Assembly: GCA_009918425.1 (NCBI GenBank)
Contig: RGEC01000002.1
Span: forward strand, 1-39,044
Direction: 5' to 3'
From: Bacteroidota bacterium
GTDB lineage: Bacteria; Bacteroidota; Bacteroidia; NS11-12g; UBA955
Length of the DNA stretch: 39,044 nt
The stretch's first letter is position 1, and each line of letters starts with the position of its first letter. Positions 8,181-14,821 of the stretch are shown here, piece after piece. The position numbers and the translations under genes are program-made. Under the pieces are notes generated by a model. It worked only from the letters and a program-made list of their open reading frames with translations, was not told where the DNA came from and did no database searches.

Positions 8181-8866
8181 TGAAATATCCTTTTTTAATG
8201 GGGATCTTGCTGTGTGCTGCAGCTTCGGCTTCAGGCCAGAATACAGCTGTAGATAACATGGATACGGTTCAGATTACCGGAAACAAGTTGCGGTTTAAAA
8301 AACAGCAGTTATATGATGAGTCAAACGGTTCGGTACCCGCTCAAATCGGCGGGTTTAGTGCATTGGGTGTTTTTGATGAATCAATGGGTTCTGAAGTATG
8401 GTTTTCCAAAGAAAAGGCATGCGTATCGGTAAGTAAATCTGACCGTCTTCCCTATACAGGTCAATTTTGTCTGCACGCCCAATGGGATAAAATTGCAGGT
8501 GGCTGCAAGTGGATTGGGATGGGCATTGGCTGGGACAACTGGCAACCCAAGGATATTTCTTCGATCGTGGATTCAGCTGCCATACAAATAATGTTGCGTT
8601 CTGAAACCGACACCCTGAAAACCCTGCCGCTCGCTCTGGCCTTGGAAGATTACACAGGAGCCCAGTGTTTTATCGGCTTTTCACCCCGTTATCTGATGGG
8701 CAATAAAATCATGCCCGGGGGCTGGACCGCGGCCATTATACCGCTGTCTGAGTTTCCGTTTGAAAGGTTTAATGCCAGTGCTGCCATGATCAAACAGTTT
8801 ATCATACAGTTTGAGGCAGACGGCAATGTATATATGGATGATATTCGTTTAATCCGAAAAAAGTAG
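8180..8866 (+). CDS. Secreted CBM-like (jelly-roll) protein
   Basis: TAATG overlap with the upstream gene and a signal peptide. It has a Trp-rich core (WIGMGIGWDNWQP) and a C-terminal FEADGNVYMDDIRLI, typical of CBM11/CIA30-like domains. Confidence 0.45.
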   Translation: MKYPFLMGILLCAAASASGQNTAVDNMDTVQITGNKLRFKKQQLYDESNGSVPAQIGGFSALGVFDESMGSEVWFSKEKACVSVSKSDRLPYTGQFCLHAQWDKIAGGCKWIGMGIGWDNWQPKDISSIVDSAAIQIMLRSETDTLKTLPLALALEDYTGAQCFIGFSPRYLMGNKIMPGGWTAAIIPLSEFPFERFNASAAMIKQFIIQFEADGNVYMDDIRLIRKK

Positions 8867-8870
8867 GTCA

Positions 8871-11120
8871 ATGAAAAACCCTCTAAGTATAGGTTTAACC
8901 TGTTTTCTTATTGTATTTAATACAATAAATGCGCAAACACCCATAGAAAAGAAGGCAGATTCCCTGCTTTCAGTCATGAATATTGAAGCAAAAATCGGTC
9001 AGATGTCTCAAATCGACCTGGGTGTACTGTGCAAAGGAAAAATTTGTGAATTGCAGGATCCCCTTGCACTTGACACGGCCAAATTGCGACTGGCATTCAG
9101 CAAATACAAGGTGGGCTCTGTGTTAAACTGCGGTTGCGGTTTTCATGCCCTTGCGCGTGAGCGCTGGATCAGTATTATTGACAGCATACAGCAGGCAAAC
9201 CGCCTGTTTGCGGGCCATGATATACCCGTGCTGTATGGTATAGATGCGATTCATGGTGCCAACTATACCATCGGGGCTACCTTGTTTCCTCAGCAGATAG
9301 GACAGGCAGCCACATGGAATCCGGATCTGGTGAAGGCTGCTGCAAAGATTACGGCTTACGAAACGCGTGCTTCGGGCATCCCCTGGAATTTTTCACCGGT
9401 GCTGGATTTGGCCCGACAGCCGCTCTGGTCGAGGTTTTTTGAAACCTATGGGGAAGACGTTTATCTGGCAACCCGCATGACAACAGCCTGTATCGAAGGA
9501 TACCAGGGAGAAAAAATAGGAGAATTGCAGGTAGCTGCCTGTATGAAACATTTTTTGGGCTATAGCTATCCGCTGAGTGGTAAAGATAGAACCCCCGCCT
9601 GGATTGGTGACCGCGAACTTAGGGCATACTTTCTGCCCACCTTTCAGGAGGCCATTCGCCTAAAGGCCAAGACAGTGATGATCAATTCCGGTGAAATTAA
9701 TGGTACGCCCGTTCACGCAAACCCCAAAATTTTAACAGGGCTGCTTCGCGATGAGCTGGGTTTTGACGGGGTGGCCGTCACGGACTGGGAAGACATTTAT
9801 AAACTGCATACCCTGCACCGTGTGGCCCCTTCATTGCGCGATGCTGTTAAAATGGCGGTTATGGCCGGTATAGACATGAGCATGACCCCTAATGATTTTC
9901 AGTTTAATGAACTGTTGCTGAATCTGGTAAAATCGGGGGAAGTGCCAGAAAGTCGAATCGATGTTTCTGTGAAAAGAATTCTGAAACTCAAGCTGGAGCT
10001 GGGCATTGAAAAATGGGACGCCGATTATGTCCGTAACTATTATCCGATTTTTGCATCGCCTGATTTTGCGTCGGTAGCAACGGCAACTGTTTCAGAATCT
10101 CTGACCCTGCTGAAAAATGAACTCCGTAATACCACTTCAGATGAGGCGGTGTTGCCATTAAAACAGCAGGACAAGGTTCTGGTTTTTGGGAATGCTGCCA
10201 ACAGCATAAAAATGCTGAACGGGGCCTGGTCACAAACCTGGCTGGGTCAGGATGAAAGGTATGTAGATTCAACCAAACCTACCATTTTATCGGCATTAAA
10301 ATTTTTGGCAACAGATAAAATTATTTTTGCCAATGCAGCTGATCCGAAATCGTGCAGGCGTGCACTCAAAAGTAAGCCAAGTGTGGCGATTTTGTGTCTG
10401 GGCGAAACCCCTGCCACAGAAATTCCCGGAAACATCAATCAACTTGAATTGCCTGTAGATGAAAACACGCGAAATCTGGCAAAGCAGCTAAAGGCCATGA
10501 ATGTGCCTGTGGTATTGGTTTTGTGCCTTGGTCGTCCCCGCATCATTACCGAGTGGGCTGAAGCCGCATCCGCCGTCTTGCACACCTACCTTCCAGGCCA
10601 CGAAGCAGCGCCGGTCATTGCGTCTGTTTTGTATGGGAATATCAATCCTTCCGGAAAATTGCCGTTTACCTACCCCCGATACTGCGGTGATATTGTACAT
10701 TATGACCATAAGCGTACCGAAGACAATGATGTGAATTTTGGGGATAAAGGCTACAATCCTTTGTATGATTTTGGTTTCGGCCTGTCTTATACCCGCTTTC
10801 AATATTCAGATCTGCAAGTGAAGGCAGCGAAAGACACTTTTTTCATTAGTGTTATGGTGAAAAATACAGGAAGTAGGGCCGGGAAGGAAGTTGTGCAGGT
10901 GTATTACCGCGATGAATATGCAGCCGTGACACCTTCCGTAAAGAAACTTTGCGGGTTTATGAAAATATATGCAACAGCAGGCGAAACAAAAAGGGTACGG
11001 TTCGCTATACCTGCAATGCAACTTGGAGATATCGGTGCCGATTTGAAGCCCTTTAGGGCAGAAGGGGAATTGAAGTTTTTTATCGGAACGGAAACAAAAC
11101 AAATACAATACAATCCATGA
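8871..11120 (+). CDS. Glycoside hydrolase family 3 beta-glucosidase
   Basis: Signal peptide plus the motifs KHFLGYS and GFDGVAVTDWEDI (GH3 nucleophile region). The length of 749 aa includes a C-terminal FnIII-like domain. Confidence 0.9.
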   Translation: MKNPLSIGLTCFLIVFNTINAQTPIEKKADSLLSVMNIEAKIGQMSQIDLGVLCKGKICELQDPLALDTAKLRLAFSKYKVGSVLNCGCGFHALARERWISIIDSIQQANRLFAGHDIPVLYGIDAIHGANYTIGATLFPQQIGQAATWNPDLVKAAAKITAYETRASGIPWNFSPVLDLARQPLWSRFFETYGEDVYLATRMTTACIEGYQGEKIGELQVAACMKHFLGYSYPLSGKDRTPAWIGDRELRAYFLPTFQEAIRLKAKTVMINSGEINGTPVHANPKILTGLLRDELGFDGVAVTDWEDIYKLHTLHRVAPSLRDAVKMAVMAGIDMSMTPNDFQFNELLLNLVKSGEVPESRIDVSVKRILKLKLELGIEKWDADYVRNYYPIFASPDFASVATATVSESLTLLKNELRNTTSDEAVLPLKQQDKVLVFGNAANSIKMLNGAWSQTWLGQDERYVDSTKPTILSALKFLATDKIIFANAADPKSCRRALKSKPSVAILCLGETPATEIPGNINQLELPVDENTRNLAKQLKAMNVPVVLVLCLGRPRIITEWAEAASAVLHTYLPGHEAAPVIASVLYGNINPSGKLPFTYPRYCGDIVHYDHKRTEDNDVNFGDKGYNPLYDFGFGLSYTRFQYSDLQVKAAKDTFFISVMVKNTGSRAGKEVVQVYYRDEYAAVTPSVKKLCGFMKIYATAGETKRVRFAIPAMQLGDIGADLKPFRAEGELKFFIGTETKQIQYNP
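8909..8927. promoter_or_regulatory. Candidate operator, palindrome TATTGT-N7-ACAATA (copy 2), inside the signal-peptide codons of the GH3 gene
   Basis: The sequence is tattgt atttaat acaata. It extends to TATTGTA-tttaa-TACAATA. Confidence 0.45.
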
Positions 11121-11968
11121 GCATGTTCAAGTCAACATCAATAATTACCACAGCAGGATTGCTGTTATTGGGATTAATTACAACCTGTAAGCAATCAGAT
11201 CCACCAACTACCCGCAACCGAATAATACGTGATTCCGGCGATTTTGTGTTTTCGGGATATGGGTGGAATATTAAGTCAAGTATTACACCGGTAGGGCCCG
11301 GGCCTAACTACTTTAATGGAAGTGACAGTATGGTCTGGGTGGATAAGGATGGGCTATTGCATTTGCGTATTGCTTATATCAACGGGAAATGGCAAAGCAG
11401 TGAAGTGATTTGCACGGAAAATATGGGCTATGGAACCTATGTGTTTTGCCTTGAAAGCAATGTGGCGAATATCAATGAACGGATAGTACTGGGTTTGTTT
11501 ACCTGGGATGACAATTCTTTCAAAGAGCAGGCCAACAGTGAAGTGGATATTGAATTCTCAAAGTGGTTTAAGGCCAGTGACAGCCTGACATTGACTTATT
11601 CTGTTCAGCCGGTAATATTCGATAATCCTATAGCTTACAGTGAGCGTTCCTTCAAACCCCAGATGCAGGTGGCTAAGCTAAAGCAACCCAGTACACATGT
11701 ATTTAACTGGCAGGCCGACGAAATAACCTGGAATTCATACACAGGTGCTGTTTATCCGGGTGGCAATCCCATTGCTTCTTGGAATTTTAACCTGAATAAC
11801 CCTGTAAGAACCAAAATAGAAGGTGGACGTGTATCAAATCCCATTATTATACCTGCGCCCGGCGCCACTACCCGCGCCAGAATGAATCTGTGGTTATTGA
11901 ATGGATTACCCCCATCAGATGGTAAACCATTCGAGGTAGTTGTTCGCTCGTTTGAATACATTCCGTAA
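11117..11968 (+). CDS. GH16-like beta-glucanase lipoprotein
   Basis: ATGA overlap with GH3 and lipobox LITTC. The motif SEVDIEFS matches the GH16 catalytic E-x-D-x-E. Its size of about 280 aa fits a single jelly-roll domain. Confidence 0.55.
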   Translation: MSMFKSTSIITTAGLLLLGLITTCKQSDPPTTRNRIIRDSGDFVFSGYGWNIKSSITPVGPGPNYFNGSDSMVWVDKDGLLHLRIAYINGKWQSSEVICTENMGYGTYVFCLESNVANINERIVLGLFTWDDNSFKEQANSEVDIEFSKWFKASDSLTLTYSVQPVIFDNPIAYSERSFKPQMQVAKLKQPSTHVFNWQADEITWNSYTGAVYPGGNPIASWNFNLNNPVRTKIEGGRVSNPIIIPAPGATTRARMNLWLLNGLPPSDGKPFEVVVRSFEYIP

Positions 11969-11976
11969 ACAAAAAA

Positions 11977-11993
11977 GGAGGCACATGGCCTCC
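11977..11993. terminator. Bidirectional terminator hairpin between convergent genes
   Basis: Stem ggaggc and gcctcc with loop acatg, flanked by an A-run upstream and ctcttt downstream. Confidence 0.55.
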
Positions 11994-12021
11994 CTCTTTG
12001 TATATCAAACCAAATGATTTT

Positions 12022-13686
12022 TTACTTGTTGAGAATGATCTGTTCGCGGTAGGTTTGTTCACCTGCAGTGATTACCAGCATATAAACACCGGCTTTTAAT
12101 GCGCCCATGTCTATGGTTGTATTCACAGCATTGCCGGTGAAGGCTGATCCGTAAACTTTTTGGCCAAGAATGTCGCTAATGCTTATGTTTCCGGATACGC
12201 CTGAATTGAACACTGCAGATACGCTGATATTTGACTGAGCAGGATTGGGATATACACTGATTCCATGAGTGCTCAATGGTGTATTGCCCATGCTTTGGCA
12301 GGTTCCGCAATATTCCCAGCAAAAAGCGGGCAGGGTTGTATCGGCCTTTGCAGTAAGCAATCGATTGGTGAAGCTGCCGGTAGTTTTGGTGCAGCTTTCG
12401 CCACCTTTGAAAGTTTCTTTCACTGCCCATCCGTCAAGTGTAAATAAATATTCAAAAGTATCAAGTGCATTCAAGGGAAGACTGATTTCGTATATTTTAT
12501 CATTGTCGGCGTCTGTCATGGGATTGCAGGTGCCGCACCAGCCATTGAATGAACCGTTTAGGTTTACTGCAGTGAAAGTGTTTTTATAGGAACTCATATC
12601 TACTTTGAAAGTCACATTGGCTTTAGGCTTGGTGTTGGCGCAACTTTCGCATGATTCAAAACAAACTGCATTCAAAACAGTAGCACCGTTGATTTTGAGG
12701 AAACGATTGGTGTAAATACCGGTAGTTTTTGTACAGGAAGATCCGGATTTCATTTTTTCTGCCACATTCCAGCCGTCCAGGGTAAATAGGTATTCGATAG
12801 AATCCTGAGGTAGGGGCAGTTTCACTTCCCAAACACCATTTTTGTCTGCATCATCCATAGGGTTACAGTTACCGCACCATCCGTTGAAAGAGCCATTTAC
12901 GTATACAGTGGTAAAGGATCCACCTGTGTATTTGCTCATATCTACCTTGAAGGTTACATCGTTGGTACACTCGCTGCAACTACCCCAGCATACATTAGGA
13001 AGAACCTTGGAGCCGGTAACTTTCAGGAAGCGATTGGTGTAGCCCCCTGTGGTTTTGGTGCAGGTGCTGCCGGAAGTTAGTTTTTCATCACCTGCCCAGT
13101 TGTCAATAGAGAATTTGTATTCTATCGAGTCGCGGGTAATGTCGAAAGTACCCGAATAAATTTTATCGCCATCTGCATCGGTAAGCTGATTGCTGTTGCC
13201 GGACCAACCATTAAAATCACCGCTAACATACACATTGGTGTATGAACCTGAATACTGTTTCATGTTAACATTAAAAGTGATTGATTTTTTGGTAACCGAA
13301 GAACAAGCTGCACAGCTTTCAAAACAGACCTTAGCCAGTGTCACATCACCGGTCAGTTTTACAAAACGGTTGGTATAACCGCTTGTGGTTTTGGTGCATG
13401 ATGATCCTTGAGTAAGGTTTTCCTGCTTGCTCCAGTTATCCATGGTAAATTTATACTCAATGGAGTCATCGGTAATGTTGATTGTGCCTTCCCAAACACC
13501 ATCTGCATCAGCATCACTAAGCGCATTGGAATTGCCGGACCAGCTGTTGAAATTGCCACTCACGTAAACGGTAGTAAAGGAACCACCGGTAAACTGATTC
13601 ATGTCTACCTTAAAGGTTACTTTCTTTTGAGCCATCAAGCCGCCCAATGAAGCGACCATGAGCATCAGAGTAAATATTTTTTTCAT
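12022..13686 (-). CDS. T9SS-secreted protein with four tandem roughly 110-aa carbohydrate-binding-like (CBM20/48 or E-set-like) Cys-containing modules
   Basis: Start moved to MKKIFTL (ATG at 13684-13686). There are four repeats of VTFKVDM..VYVSGNFNGW..DADGD..EYKF..D.W..SCTKTT..YTNRF..C.ESC..C. The C-terminus, ISVYPNPAQSNISVS...GVYMLVI...IILNK, resembles a T9SS sorting domain. Confidence 0.8.
   Translation of the reverse strand: MKKIFTLMLMVASLGGLMAQKKVTFKVDMNQFTGGSFTTVYVSGNFNSWSGNSNALSDADADGVWEGTINITDDSIEYKFTMDNWSKQENLTQGSSCTKTTSGYTNRFVKLTGDVTLAKVCFESCAACSSVTKKSITFNVNMKQYSGSYTNVYVSGDFNGWSGNSNQLTDADGDKIYSGTFDITRDSIEYKFSIDNWAGDEKLTSGSTCTKTTGGYTNRFLKVTGSKVLPNVCWGSCSECTNDVTFKVDMSKYTGGSFTTVYVNGSFNGWCGNCNPMDDADKNGVWEVKLPLPQDSIEYLFTLDGWNVAEKMKSGSSCTKTTGIYTNRFLKINGATVLNAVCFESCESCANTKPKANVTFKVDMSSYKNTFTAVNLNGSFNGWCGTCNPMTDADNDKIYEISLPLNALDTFEYLFTLDGWAVKETFKGGESCTKTTGSFTNRLLTAKADTTLPAFCWEYCGTCQSMGNTPLSTHGISVYPNPAQSNISVSAVFNSGVSGNISISDILGQKVYGSAFTGNAVNTTIDMGALKAGVYMLVITAGEQTYREQIILNK
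12291..13626 (-). repeat. Four tandem coding repeats of about 330 bp inside the T9SS protein gene
   Basis: Repeat boundaries were read from the translation and are approximate. Confidence 0.7.
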
Positions 13687-13710
13687 TTTCAAAAGATAAT
13701 TAGTTAACAA

Positions 13711-13718
13711 CAAAGATA
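13711..13718 (-). promoter_or_regulatory. -7 promoter element (TATCTTTG on the minus strand) for the T9SS repeat-protein gene
   Basis: The plus strand reads CAAAGATA, about 25 nt upstream of the ATG at 13686. Confidence 0.4.
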
Positions 13719-13731
13719 TAGGAAATATTCA

Positions 13732-13773
13732 TATTGTAAAAAAAACAATAAGAATATTGTTAAACTTACAATA
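13732..13773. promoter_or_regulatory. Two tandem perfect TATTGT-N7-ACAATA palindromes (copies 3 and 4) upstream of the T9SS repeat-protein gene
   Basis: Copy 3 is tattgt aaaaaaa acaata (13732-13750). Copy 4 is tattgt taaactt acaata (13755-13773). A third pair with a 13-nt spacer lies at 13788-13812. Confidence 0.6.
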
Positions 13774-13851
13774 AGTAAATCATAAATTATTGTTTAGGTG
13801 TTCATAACAATATGAATATCAATAAAATAAATTAAAAGCATAAAAAAATAT

Positions 13852-13870
13852 TTTGCGGTCTTTCCGCAAA
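13852..13870 (-). terminator. Rho-independent terminator after the TonB-receptor/DUF4249 operon
   Basis: Stem tttgcgg and ccgcaaa with loop tcttt. On the minus strand it is followed by a T-rich run. Confidence 0.6.
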
Positions 13871-13918
13871 TGAGCTTCGTTGTGTAACAATTTTAGGATA
13901 TCCTTGCTACAAAAAAGA

Positions 13919-14821
13919 TTAGCGTTTTAATACAAATGATCTGAAGTCTGCCGTGTACGACCCAACCACCCCAAACGCTCCTGGCACATTTCCCATTATT
14001 TTACCCGGAAGCTGACTAATGCTCTGTTGTTGCCAGATGTGGGCATTGCGGGTGTTGTAGAAATTGAACAGGGATTTGCTGATATTTTCCAGGTGAAATT
14101 CAATACTTACAGGCCTTTCAGCAGGGGTTTTCAGCAGCGGGTCTGAAGTATATAAAACCATATATTTATTAACCCCGTTGAAGGTAGCATCAGAGAAAAG
14201 CAATTCTCTTGAACTGTAATTGTTGTAATCATTGTCTGTTGCAGCCAGGTCATCCGAATAGAGGGAAATAATATCTTTTTGCAGGAAGCTGTCCGATAAC
14301 TTACCCGTATAATCATATATATACCTGTAGGCTGTTTTATAGAGGTAGCAGCGATAATAGTTTTCAAAAGCGGCATCATCATCAAACCTCACGGCTACTG
14401 AAAAAGCGCGGCCTATGCCGGGTATAAGTTGTCGTATTGTATCAAAATTTTTAATAAAAACTTGCTTGGGTATAATTTCTGATATATCAAATTTGTAGCC
14501 GTTCACATAGCCCCTGAAAACAAAGGTGTCGCCTGATTTCAGGGAGTTGGAACCAAACAGGTGAATACCGTTTCCGGTATATATGGTGGTATCTTTGGTT
14601 GTATTTGATTTTATTATTGAGAAAAATGCATTGCCTATGGGCATGTCTTTGCTGCCAAAGGGCGCGGTAAGCCTGCAGTCTGCAGTTAAAATACTGTCTG
14701 GGGTAATGAAGCAATGCACTGCAGGTAATGGCGTTTTCAGGTAATCAGAATTGTACGGAATTTCTTTTATGCATCCGCATAAAATCAACACGCTTGCAGT
14801 ATAAAATACGAGGATTCTCAA
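13919..14821 (-). CDS. DUF4249-like lipoprotein, partner of the upstream TonB-dependent receptor
   Basis: Lipobox LILCGC and a 4-nt overlap with the receptor gene. This is the typical receptor/DUF4249 pairing in Bacteroidota. Confidence 0.6.
   Translation of the reverse strand: MRILVFYTASVLILCGCIKEIPYNSDYLKTPLPAVHCFITPDSILTADCRLTAPFGSKDMPIGNAFFSIIKSNTTKDTTIYTGNGIHLFGSNSLKSGDTFVFRGYVNGYKFDISEIIPKQVFIKNFDTIRQLIPGIGRAFSVAVRFDDDAAFENYYRCYLYKTAYRYIYDYTGKLSDSFLQKDIISLYSDDLAATDNDYNNYSSRELLFSDATFNGVNKYMVLYTSDPLLKTPAERPVSIEFHLENISKSLFNFYNTRNAHIWQQQSISQLPGKIMGNVPGAFGVVGSYTADFRSFVLKR

Noticed and set aside
12100-13650. DNA periodicity of about 330 bp that could be mistaken for a CRISPR array or satellite
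   Set aside because: The repeats are long, diverged and in frame within one continuous ORF encoding four protein modules. There are no short identical repeats with unique spacers.
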